A stretch of DNA of 64,000 nt from Paraphysomonas bandaiensis (GCA_965644295.1 CBFFRP010000069.1:124001-188000); one strand, 5' to 3'. Shown: positions 39,156 to 51,155, numbered from the stretch's first letter. The notes: generated by a model from the letters alone, not told the origin. Translations and numbers: made by a program.

Positions 39156-39191
39156 ACGTCCAACCTGTGTCTTCTTCTATATCACGCTGAA

Positions 39192-39432
39192 GCGCCGGTG
39201 AGTCCACGGACACACGATAAAGGCGAATTTCATATCACACAAAAAGAACGGAAGTGGTTGCACCTTGGTGCTTGCGGCGACGCACAAGCAGCTTTCGTAG
39301 CGTTAAATAGTAGGATAAAAGAGTTTGTATTGATTAGTTACGGGTAGTGGTCTAACTAGTATGACTAGCATTCTTCTAGCCACTAATTGATGCAAGGTCT
39401 CAACGCCTATTGCTAAATAATCAGACATTCTC
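39192..39432 (+). mobile_element. Insertion containing dispersed repeat copy C, flanked by a perfect 60-bp direct repeat
   Basis: 39132-39191 is identical to 39433-39492; interior 39247-39432 aligns with copies A and B. Confidence 0.72.
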
Positions 39433-40625
39433 TACCATTAATGGTTACCGGGTCCAACGTCCAACCTGTGTCTTCTTCTATATCACGCTGAATACTCAGT
39501 ACTACGTACTACGTACTACTATCTCGAAATATGCGTCTGCACCCAGGGTAGTGAATAATTAAATCATCGAATCATCCAGATCAAGCTGTACTTATCCATC
39601 TGATTAAAAAAGTTACAGCGATGTTAAACCATCTCATAAATGAGAAAAAACACTCCAATTCTGGCACGATCTACTTCGCTTGGGATTAATCTCAAGACAT
39701 CAACATCCACGCAGATAAGTGGACAATTCCATATACTTCTTGACTATCATATCATTACATGTACTCCGTCTGTCAACAACTTAACCAAATATACTCGGTA
39801 ATACTTCATTAAGGTTGTTCTGGGTATATTTTACAAGTTGGACTGTTTCTTGATACTCTCGCGACAAACAAATAAGTAGATCATCCATATAACCACCTGC
39901 TAGTTGTAGCAGTGATACACATTCCAGGGGATAAGGCGACACCTTCCGCTTGACATAACCATCTAAATGACTAATATAGTGGTCCCCAACGAATACGTAA
40001 CATCACTCACACTACTAAACCGTTGAGTATCTGTAATCAGCTTATGCTCGTGTGGAGGTATCACGACGATCGTTGTGAAGGTGCTCAATTTGTTTTATTC
40101 CAACAATCTTTGACATGTTATTACTCTGCGTGGTGAGGTTATAGTGCATACTGGCCCTTTTACTGTGTCAGACTATTACGATTGGAAACGATAAAGTGAC
40201 TGCACATACATCCAAGTTCTTCCCTGCTAATAATAATGGGTTTACACCTATGGTATAGCTATATACAGTCTGTTGAATAGTGAATAGAGAAGTGGTTGAC
40301 TGTATTATGAGAACTAATGTAGTGAATGTTTTATTGCTAGCAATAGGCGTGTAAGAGTCAGAACTATTGTCACTTGTCAGAAACAGAAATATTATGACTA
40401 TTCAAGATACGGAAGTTTAATAGTTGTTATTATCAGAATGATGAAATTATGTTGGTGATGACTTTTATGCGCAATGTCTCAAGTCTCATGTGCTAATGCA
40501 ATAATAATACTAATCACCTACTATCTAGTCCAGGGCTGCGAAATGGTACTTGCAATTAAATTGCATGGAATTTACGTAACGACATAACTTCTCTTTAACA
40601 TATAAGGAAGTCAATGCATCTAAAC

Positions 40626-40697
40626 CAGGACCTTGTAACCGTTTATGGTAATTGCATTAATAACCATTTATGGATCATTAATAGGTACCAGGCCCTG
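40626..40697. mobile_element. 72-bp hAT MITE
   Basis: Imperfect TIR CAGGACCTTGTAACC / GGTACCAGGCCCTG; perfect 8-bp TSD ATCTAAAC; lies just after another TIR-like start CAGGGCTGCG at 40531. Confidence 0.82.
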
Positions 40698-41270
40698 ATC
40701 TAAACATGTCAAAACTAGATATTGCAGGCATTATTTTTAATTTAGTTGTTACAAGTGTAGCAACGTAAGACTAACGTTTCGGTGCACGTAACAGAATAAC
40801 AAAAGGAGTTTAAATGCTAATAGCTTATTAGACAAACCTTAAGAAGAGAGACATTACGAGACTCGCAACTTTAGTTGATTCCAACTGAGTAATATAACTA
40901 CCTAGTCTAAAACACTTAGCCTTTCTTTCACGACCAAATTTCGAATTGTCACCTGAAACCAACATTTTGTCAAGTTGTACTATTACTGAATATAGTTCGA
41001 AAACTCCAGCCGGAGATGGCCAAAGAATAAACAATTCCTAAATGTCTTCATGTGAACGACAAGATACGGCGAATTATCAATATCTACCCGTCATGGAAAT
41101 CTACATCACTGCAAAACACGAAAACGTCAATATTAAATTCTATGACAATGTAATATAAATAATAAACACAATCATTGGCACGCTGCAGAGTGGAAAGTAT
41201 TCAATCAAGGCCAGGACACCAGATGCAATACTTCCCCACGCTGCAAACCGACTGATTGACGTTATCATAA

Positions 41271-43592
41271 TTAGAAACGAAAGGCATCTGAGTCGTGACT
41301 AGAAACCGGCGACCGATCAGCACTGGCGGGGGAGCGCCCTCGAGAGCGCGGAGGGTGGAGCTGGAAGTATTGCTGCTGTCCCCCAGTATACATCTGGGGG
41401 TTCCTCTGCGCGCGGATAGCAAACCCCATTAAGAAGTGGTAGATCATTTCTGCCATAAGAAGCCCAGACTGCTTTTCTTCCACGTCTGGGTTAAGGCCAC
41501 TAATGCTGAACACAGCAACCTACGCATATACTGTGACCACAGTAGAGCCTCATATACGAAAATGCCATACAAGTACACATAATGTCACAGAAGTAAGCAC
41601 TTACGTTAGGATCAGACCCTGATGCCAGGCACATATCAAGAGCCTCATCACTAGACAAGCCCGAGGAGTTGAGACACGAACGTCCAGGACAGGCAGCACT
41701 ACTGAGGGCGTTCATCGAGAAAGACACGAACACTGGCCTCTTGGAACTAGGACCCGTAAGCGTCCGTATAAGATGATGAAAAGCCGGGGGAGGCGGGATA
41801 GAGTGGCTACTTTGACTACCTGTGCCTGATCCCCGTGCAGATTGCGAATTCGGCTGTGAGAATTGCTCCTTAGCTGGTGCTGAGAAGCCGGGAGGCAAGT
41901 CATCCACATCCACAGAGGTTGCATTAAGATACATTTGAACCAGTTCCTGTTGCTGTTGACTGTGCAAATGGCCTGCAACTGAGCCTTCCTCTGAGCCGTC
42001 AGAGTTTGTGGTATTAGAATCACTCCTGGCAAAAGCTCTCAGAATGTCTTTCCTGCGTATATCCTTGGTAAGCCATAGCACAGACCCTCCTCTATTATAA
42101 ACGAAATCCACGTTCTCTTGGCTACAATAGGCGCCCTGTACAGCATAGGCAATAAATTTCCCGTCACACCAAGGCTCAGAGCGCAGCCCATCCCTAGGGG
42201 GACAAAAGCGTGTGTCACTCAGGAGCAGACGAGTGGCAGAAGCGGCTTCAATCTTACCCTCCGTTGTCTACGATATCACACAAGAACGGTTACCATAACA
42301 GACAACTCATCAAAGAACGCTCTACAATAAATAAAAATATAATGAGGCCATACACTCACCATGTACTGTACGTTCAGTCTCGAGTTTACACTGATGACTC
42401 CTATTGATCCCCCAGCCACCCCCATGAGACCGGCGGCTGTGGCATAGGACTGATCCTCTGCGCCGCCCACTACTAGCGGTACTCCTCCGCGCCGCACAAT
42501 CTCTGCTACCGCCTCATCTAGTCGAGATAATGCCTCTTCCAGGGTCAGACCTAGGGCAATGTCTCCAGTGTCCACAAAAGACAGGGCTGTGAGATCCAGA
42601 CCAAGCTCCGGATTGTTCGGTGCAGAGAAGAGGCGACGAAGATGTTGTCGAGCCACTCTCGACCCTGCAGCCGCGCCAGGTAGTTGACCAGAGCGCTTTG
42701 CTCCTTCGTCATACGGGAAACCAATGATTGCCACACACCCTGCGTATACGTCCATAACACTGCAGCGACGTATAAACGAATACAGTCCACCCTCAAAACT
42801 CTCCGCGGAGGCCTCTAAGGAAGCTACATTATTAGGGAATGGTGCCTTAGACACATTGAATCGAATTGCGACGCGAGGAACATTAACCATGAGCTCAGGT
42901 TTGTATTCATTAGCTCGCTGAATTTTGAGTACACTAGCACGATACACAATGCCGTCGAGTTCCAAGCACGCTTGTGTCAGCTCTATAGACTTCAGCTCAA
43001 TGAATGCGAAGCACTTTTTGTGATTCATGTATACAGAAAGTATGTATGAGTTGTTGTTCTCCTCCTCTAAGCACTTACTGATAACATCATTGAGAAAGTT
43101 CTTCAACTGATCTTCGTTTGTCTGACCTGGGGGAATGCCACCTACATAGAGTCGCCGCGCATGTCTGAAATAATGTGAACCACTACTGACAGTTTCCGTC
43201 GCATAAGTTTTCTCAGCAGATCCCCCCTCATATAAATACCCATCAGATACATTTGAAGACATAGGAACAACATGATTTGAAGATGGAAATGGAGGAGAGG
43301 ATAAAGGAGGACCTCCCATCCATCTATCAGTATCTGAATGAGCTCTAGTAATTCTCATTCCATAATTATCACGTTCAATATTCGATGAAAAATTATATGG
43401 ATCAACTGAACCAGTAGATGATAATGATCTTGAACTCATTTCATTATATCCACGATGATCAGTATCTATATTATTCCATCCATATTTATTTAACTCTGTG
43501 ATATTTTTTGGGAAATGATTATCATCATGTTTATTTCTTGGATAATATTGTTCAAAACTTTCAGACCATGGATCAGGTCCTCCAGAATTCAT
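41271..43592 (-). CDS. U2AF65-like RRM fused to a catalytically degenerate formiminoglutamase/arginase-family domain, 3 exons
   Basis: ARRLYVGGIP...KCFAFIELKS...LDGIVYR..LKIQRANEY (RRM); IIGFPYDEG, DTGDI, PLVVGG.EDQSY, FIAYAVQGAYCS, VFVSF, CPGRS, LNPDVEE (ureohydrolase); introns 42359-42268 and 41604-41520. Confidence 0.85.
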
Positions 43593-44323
43593 GACAAAAG
43601 AAAAGAAAAGAAACCCTACAAATATATTTAATTATATATATATATATATAGTGACATGAGATGCTAGTAGTAACACACTGCTGTATTGTATCTCATCCTA
43701 TAGATATAGAGGTAGAGAGAAGATGCGGTATATACCATATATATCTCTATATATAGATACCTGGGATACGTACAGAAACGGAATATTTCATGGACTTCAA
43801 ATGAAAATATCTTGAAGGGATATATTCAATTTTTTTTTATTTGAATGAAAATTTTAAAAAGGAATTTTATTTGGGAAGTATATGGTATAATGTGTACTGA
43901 TAGACACATAGAGTGTGTACTGATAGACACATAGTGTGTACTGACAGACAGAGGATTCAGTAATAGACACAATATGTATGAGTACTGATAGATATAGTGT
44001 GTACTGCTATACTGCTGTACCTATAGAGTATACCTTGTCCAACCAGACATCTACATTACAAATCATACACTCTACTCATAGAAGAACACACACATACTTA
44101 AACAAGGAAGAATTCCTCACTCTTAACCAGAACACACTACTCTATCATCATAACATATCCTCAACATCCCTCCATGCTCATATATCATTAAGACATCTGA
44201 TATATATATACACGTGGTAACATTAGAGGTGTGTGTTACATACATACATATAACTACAATACAGTGGTGTTTATATGAGAGATAGAGTGATAGTTTAATA
44301 CTATAGTGTGGGATACATTATCT

Positions 44324-46978
44324 ATGGCTTGTTTCCCTAATAACATTAAAGAATCATCATATATATTACGAACAGATGTTTCACTATCATCTGTTCAACA
44401 ATTCTTAAGTACTCATATTGGTACATCACATGCTGTATATGTACATGGTGACTCTGCATGTGGAAAGACATCGTTCTTACGATTACTTATGCATGATGAT
44501 AATCTTCAGTGTTGTTATCGAACCCGAAAGTATTGGGTCACTGTGGGAAAAGTTGAAACACTTAAGGAACTATTAGTCATTTTTGATTTCGTTGGACAGC
44601 AAATTATATCCGACCACTCGTCTAGTCGTGATTGTATATATCGACCTGGAAATATTGAAGATTGGATTTTATATATAAAAGATTGCATTGGTAAAGGCAG
44701 TACTATTATTGTGTTGGATGATGTTCGTGATCAGTTCGTTGTCGATACGTTTCTAGCTTTGGGTGTGGCTCTAGTTGTGTCCAGCACTCTTCTGGATTTG
44801 AAATTTATCGATACACATGTGCATTCTATTTCTCTTGGGGATTTGTGCCAAGAAGATGTATTGAGTCTAACACAAAATGTTATTGGACCATCATTGCCGC
44901 TTGAGGCTTCCCCTCATAAACTTTTAACAGACATTTCACGATCCCCCCTTGAGGTGTTGATGTTGTGTACGATGATTGCACGGTCTGTCGACAGGTCACA
45001 GTCATACATGGAGTCACTGGTTGCTCGCCGGGCTGGTCTTGCAAGTGGAATGATGGATGCTATGGACCAGGAAAAAGGGATTTCGACCCATACGAGTCCA
45101 CTAACAGCAAATGCTCTTCCCCATCCCAGGAGTCCTGCGACATCTTCCGGTCGATGCAGCGGTCGTAGTGGAGACACACATATCGTGACATGGGACGAGT
45201 CGCGGATGCGACGGGTATCGATATATATCACTATGCAAATGGTTCTCAGTACCCTTCCGGAACACCTTCAAGCTAAGTACGTACTCTTAGCTGTGCTACC
45301 CAGAGGCTCTCCCGTCTCTATCCCATTTTTATGTGCCTTGTGGAATGTTAACGAATCTACTGCGGTTTCTGTGGTGTCCGACCTTCATGCAGCGCACCTA
45401 TTGGAGTGGGAATTTATTCTTCACAACTCGCAGTGTCCTTTGCGCGACACCCGACTCGTAACTCTTCATGATATACAGCACGATTACATAGCTACTCTTC
45501 TGTCTCAATCTATCTGGGCTAGTAGGGCAAGTATTGCAGCGTCGCGTGCAGCTGAGTATCTGTCCAGTTCGGATGCGCATTGTGCAGATGATCCATTGTT
45601 TCCTCATTCATTGGCTACGCCGTGTCGCCTCGTGAGATTGGGGGTCTATTGGAGGCAGGTATGTTGTGCTCCCTGCCTGCCTCTCAATATATGATGTGTA
45701 TCTCCTGTATAGATATTAGACTTCCAGCAACGCGGCTTGGTTTCCAACGACTACTCTCCACTTGCTCTCTTTGATAAACATATTCAAGAGATGCATCACT
45801 TGTCTGATGTATCTGCGGCTGTGAGTTACATCAAACACGCGTGTATTGTGGTGGAAGAGATTTGCATGGAAGAGGTGTGAGTTATTTTGTATTTCTTCGG
45901 AAGCTGATTTATACGTATATAGGTTGTTACGCTGATTGAATGGTACCGTCTTCTGCTTCGCCTCATGGAAGAAGACCCGCTGAGTAGCCACACAGATATC
46001 GCTCTGTGTATGGACAGCTACGCACTTTTGCTCCTCCATTCTGGAGATGAAGCAGGTGCCGAGGCGGCTTTTCTTCAGTCCTATCGTATCAACTCATCAG
46101 TGCATGGTCGAGAGCACTGTAGTGTTTCATCGGCTGCCTCTCGACTGGCGATATTAATGCAGCGGCAGGGGAGGTTAGCAGAAGCCACCGATTACATGCG
46201 CGATTCTGTAGAGATTAAGTCAAAGTTACATGGAACGAGACATCTACGAGTTGGACGGGAGCTTAATAACCTCGCAATGCTTCATTCTTCTCAGGGAATG
46301 TATTCCGAAGCAACTCTTTGTCACATGGGTGCAATATATGCCTTCCAGTCATCTCTTGGCGAGGAACACGTTGAAACTATTAATGCCCGTGGTAATATGG
46401 GTATCACACTCCTTCTTCAAGGAAATCAGGCTGGCTTGGGGGTTCTGCAAGATGTTATATGTCTTCTGATGCAATCAGGGATTCCTACTACCCACCCGTG
46501 GATGAAAAAGTTTGTCGCTCATGCACGCGCACCTCAGCGGGGAAATGAGGAGGGAAATCTTGTTGACGATCTTGACATATTGCCGCAGTTGGAGACTTTG
46601 AGGCCTCCTCGACCTTCCTCAAAACTTGAGAATAGTGAGAAGGGGTCTGGTAGTAGTAGTAGTAGTAGTAGTAGTGGGTGTCGACATGGAAGATTGGGTG
46701 TGTTGTCGAAGACTTCAATGAGAGATTCATACCACTTGCATCCCTTATCCCATGCAGGGTCAGATGTAGGCTCATTCAATAAGTTCGTAGAAGCGTACTC
46801 AGTGCGTATGACTGATTCGCCTTCTCACTTAGAAATGCTCTCTTCCTCGCTCCACCATCCAGAAAATGAGATGAGTCCTGTGTGCAGAATATCTCAGGTG
46901 CCAGCTGAAAAGTGTGCCCGTGGAGACGTTGATGATAGCGATAGACTTCCTTACGCCGCACTCGTTCTGACTGAGTAG
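44324..46978 (+). CDS. NB-ARC (APAF1-like STAND NTPase) + TPR protein, about 3 exons
   Basis: Walker A GDSACGKT, Walker B IIVLDDV, winged-helix LAVLP...LCALWNV, MHD-like LHDIQHDY; kinesin-light-chain-type TPRs (ELNNLAMLHSSQGMYSEA, LGEEHVET..ARGNMG); start codon uncertain. Confidence 0.8.
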
Positions 46979-47698
46979 AAGTTGATAGCAAATTCTGTTG
47001 TAGTGGCAGTGTTGTGTAGTGTGTAGTGTATAATATATGTATATAGTAACGACTAGGCACCGAGGTATGGCGTTATTATTTTATTAAGGATGGTATGGGG
47101 TCATGATGACGTTGAAATGCGAAAGCATTATACCACTATAATGCAATCGCTTCTGTGAAAGTAGTATGTGCATGCCAAGCTGTATGTGTATGATACTACG
47201 ATATACGATACTACTACTACACGCAGACAGTTAAATCTAAATGACAAAGCGATATATCAAAACTACCTAATCTATAGTCATATCAGTACTTTATTCTACT
47301 TTTGAATTTAGAAAAATTAAGTTGCATAAATTTTTAGATGCTGTCCTTTAATCTTACAGAAGTCGAGCTGCTACACATCAAATCCCATGGCTGGAGTTGC
47401 TTATAACAATAGCAACCTGCTGTATGTAATTATAAACTAAACAATAGTTATTCGTGTTTGTATTAAGCATCACTATGTACTAGAGTATTTCATCTACTCA
47501 ACAGTGTAGTGAGATAACATAACGCATCTTTATTCAAGACGACGACAAAATTCATGCTTTATCCATCATAATGGTCTAAATTTGTACGAAACGTCGAAGA
47601 AAACTGCGCAGCCAGTCCGATTTAGTTAATAGTAAATGCAACTCGTTTACAGCTATCCACAAAAAATTAAAGTATATCTACGTACACTACGAAAACGA

Positions 47699-48166
47699 CT
47701 ATTCATTTCCCTTTTTCTTCATTGCTATCATATGCTCAATATGCGTTTTCATGGCTGCTATGGGATCCTCCTTGAAACTGGGGTGTTGCTGGACTAATTT
47801 CATCCGTTCTGTTTCTCTAATAGCGACGCTCTTTTTCATTTTATTTGATTTAACAGATACTGCAGCAGGACGTACAACAGAATTTTCTCCAGACGGAAGT
47901 GCAGCTTCTAATTCCGATAAAAGGAATTTAAAATCAGGGGATTTCTTTACAGGTGCAGTTTTGAAACCCTCTAATGGTAATTTTCCTAGTTTTCTCATTA
48001 CTCTTTCTTTATGTTTTTGACGTTTTCTTTGTCCACGATTTAATATATCATTATGTTGTTGTATATTGTTATCATCTACATCATTCTCATGACTATGTTT
48101 GGTATTGTGATATGGTTCAGTCTGTTTTGTTAATTTATATTTTCTTAATTTTTGAATTTTAGGCAT
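47699..48166 (-). CDS. Ribosome biogenesis protein SLX9/FAM207A-like
   Basis: Basic protein starting MPKI; C-terminal ETERMKLVQQHPSFKEDPIAAMKTHI. Confidence 0.72.
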   Translation of the reverse strand: MPKIQKLRKYKLTKQTEPYHNTKHSHENDVDDNNIQQHNDILNRGQRKRQKHKERVMRKLGKLPLEGFKTAPVKKSPDFKFLLSELEAALPSGENSVVRPAAVSVKSNKMKKSVAIRETERMKLVQQHPSFKEDPIAAMKTHIEHMIAMKKKGNE

Positions 48167-48544
48167 TGTTAGAAGGAATTAGTAAGGTAGATATATGTTT
48201 GATATGTAATATATGTATATATATGGTTTGTTGTGATGATATAACACTCCAATGAACCATTAATACACTACACACATATGGACATGTACATGTTGTCTAT
48301 GATGATACACTGTATATAGCCATACATACAGAGTGTGTGTGAGTGAATTCTACACCACAAATTGGTGATTTTCAGCTTTTTTAGAGTTAGTTTTTATTGA
48401 GCACCATCCATTCAAGAGGACAATATCTAGGATTTTTATTGATTATATAATCTGTAAAATTTCATGATTTGAGTAAAAAGTGCACCTAAGAATTAAGTTT
48501 TATGATCTATATTTCGGGATTTTTAGTTAACCATACAATATTAC

Positions 48545-48760
48545 ACTGTACTGCTGTATCTGTATATGTGCATATGGTAACTCCGTACACACTCGGAGGA
48601 CACACACTGTACTGCTGTACCTCTATGTGCATATGGTAACTGTACTGCTGTACCTCTATGTGCATATGGTCACTGTACTGCTGTACCTCTATGTATATGG
48701 TAGCACACACTGTACTGCTGTACCTCTATGTGCATATGGTACCTCTGTATACAGTGTGTT
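48545..48760. repeat. Minisatellite, about 32-bp unit CTGTACTGCTGTACCTCTATGTGCATATGGTA
   Basis: About five imperfect copies. Confidence 0.8.
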
Positions 48761-48966
48761 GTGCATATAGATACACATACATACATGTACACACCACTCT
48801 ACATGTTGCTTAATGCACAACAGACTTATATCTAACTATATAATCTACATACCATTCAAGTCTTTTCAAGACAAAATTAATCCATTCATTAAACATCAAA
48901 TAAAGGCTTTCATTAATGCATATTGTTAATATATCAGTGATAGTATAAGATATCCATATATACATA

Positions 48967-50490
48967 ATGGAGGAATCATACAAGCGTCATACACTCTATC
49001 CTGAAGTTCCTTTACATCCACATTCTCCTATCTTATCATTTGAACCTGTTCATATTAAGAATTCATTTGTAACACTCATACATCATAATAATGTACCTGA
49101 AACTGAAGCATATAGCACCCCTCCTCCCTCGAAGCCTCATACAGGAGCTGATGGATTAGATGCAAAGAGTTTTTTTCTTAAAATGTATGGTAAAAAGGAT
49201 ATGTTTTCCAAGGAGATTATACAACCAGAAGGAAAACTTAGTAAAGCTTTTACTCCTGTTGATGTCGATACTGAAGAAACTTTACTACAAATTTCTGCCC
49301 CTTCAGTCGATTCCACACCAAAACATTCGGAAGCTAAGACCTTAAAGACGTCTCTCACTGGTCTGTTCGGCTCAATGGATGCATCTGAAGATGTACTTGA
49401 TGTCACAAGTACCCATTCGTCCGCTGCGAATAGCACCTCAATACCCCCAGGTGCATCCACCGCACCCGACAACTCGTTCTTCGATGCCTTTGGAGATCAG
49501 TCGCAGTCAACGTTCAGTGCCCCTGCGTCCGCAGATGCATTTTCTTTTGATGCATTTGAGTCGACTTCTGCTGCGTCCAATACAAACACGACTCCGTTCT
49601 CTGCAACCGATGACTTGTTTAGCGCCTTTTCTTCTTCCCCTGCCCCTGCTGCCGATCCTGTCGTCAGTGTATATGACGCTGACGTAGAGGTTACCTCTGC
49701 AGAAGAACTGATGTGCATGTACAAAGGGACTACCACTGAGAAGTTTGATATATCTGGGTCTGTGCACTTGCGGGCACGACTAAAATCCTCTTCATCGCAT
49801 CAGGGCGAGGAGTTATTTGGGTCAGAGGAAACTGTTTGCGTAGAGGTCGAGATAAAAGATCCTTCCAGTCGTCTGTCCAATAAAGTTGCCCTCACGACAC
49901 CACATCAGTGCTCTCTACCGACATCAAGTAAACTTGTAGTTGCACTTTCCCCTCCTTTTTCTATGCCCTTGGAGTGGCCATCTGCCCCCGTTATGAAATA
50001 TAGAGCTGTATCCACATTTCGTCCGGAGTTCGTTCGTTGTCGAGTGTCTGTTTCTCGAAAGGATGGTCAACCCGGTGTGAGTGCTGTGTCTATTCATATT
50101 CTTCTTAACAAGAACTTCAATTTGCTTTTGGAGAACATTCAAGTGTTGGCATCTTTCACGCCCTTTGCGGACATCAATGGGGAGGTCAAAAGTCGCCCAA
50201 CAGGTGCATACAATGCAACATCGAAGGTCCTGACATGGCGGTGTGGTAGTCATTACCCCTCGAAACAGCCTGCGCTTCAGATGGATGCCCTTGTTACTTC
50301 CTCCTCTCTTCCGACTACAATTCCAGTTATCGTCAAAGCGTGCACATCTACGTCGCTTATACCGGACTGTAACTTTGATTTAGGAGACATTGTGCCAAAA
50401 CATAAGGGAGAAGTGTGTCCGAATAAGAGGGTAAATGTATCCAACGTGTCTGTGACCTCCAAAAGTAAAATTGAATATCGTTTTTTCTGA
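48967..50490 (+). CDS. Mu-homology-domain (muniscin/TCUP-like) endocytic adaptor
   Basis: Disordered linker with FFDAF/FDAF/DDLF motifs; C-terminal beta-rich domain EVTSAEELMCMYKG..FDISGSVHLR...RPTGAYNATSKVLTWR. Confidence 0.6.
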   Translation: MEESYKRHTLYPEVPLHPHSPILSFEPVHIKNSFVTLIHHNNVPETEAYSTPPPSKPHTGADGLDAKSFFLKMYGKKDMFSKEIIQPEGKLSKAFTPVDVDTEETLLQISAPSVDSTPKHSEAKTLKTSLTGLFGSMDASEDVLDVTSTHSSAANSTSIPPGASTAPDNSFFDAFGDQSQSTFSAPASADAFSFDAFESTSAASNTNTTPFSATDDLFSAFSSSPAPAADPVVSVYDADVEVTSAEELMCMYKGTTTEKFDISGSVHLRARLKSSSSHQGEELFGSEETVCVEVEIKDPSSRLSNKVALTTPHQCSLPTSSKLVVALSPPFSMPLEWPSAPVMKYRAVSTFRPEFVRCRVSVSRKDGQPGVSAVSIHILLNKNFNLLLENIQVLASFTPFADINGEVKSRPTGAYNATSKVLTWRCGSHYPSKQPALQMDALVTSSSLPTTIPVIVKACTSTSLIPDCNFDLGDIVPKHKGEVCPNKRVNVSNVSVTSKSKIEYRFF

Positions 50491-51155
50491 TTATCAGTTA
50501 GTGCTTCCTGGGTAATTGAGAATTTTTTGTGGTATAGAGTATGGTGGATGTGATAAGCTTTAAATATTGGTATTGTAATAAGTAATAAGTAGTTTATGTA
50601 AATTGTAAGGAATTTGGCATAGTCTTTTTGCAACTGCTGCATGTATCACCTAACCTATGCTTCATTAGTTTGATCTTACTGCTATGACCTCATCGTAATG
50701 TCATGCGCAGTTATATGCGACGATAGCATGTAACTACGTATTCCAAATAATGGACTAGTTCGAATCAATATTTGTTTAAACAAGGTCAACCCCATAAGCA
50801 ATAAGCCTTGTCAATCACATTGTTAATAAAATCAAAATTATGTCTTCCGATGTAATGTGTGCTATTGCGCCATTTTTGCCCGGAATTGTTGTCATTTGAA
50901 CCCTATGTAACTAACTTACATTACTTGCAATGGAATTGCAACAGAAGTAGTTGTAGAAATATATAGGTCAACGTTCAGCGTGCCTCACACAACACTAAAT
51001 TAAATCGTTAATAAGTTACCAAAACTAGCAAAGGGTAAGAATACGAATTACTTCATGCCTGTTGAATCCTAACACTATATCTGGTACAATTGATATAGGC
51101 TAATTTTGACTAAATAAAAGGTTCATTATTCTACGACTGCCTCTACATCACATTA

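Noticed and set aside
48545-48760. Possible CRISPR array from ~32-bp repeats
   Set aside because: Tandem units without unique spacers, no cas genes, eukaryotic context
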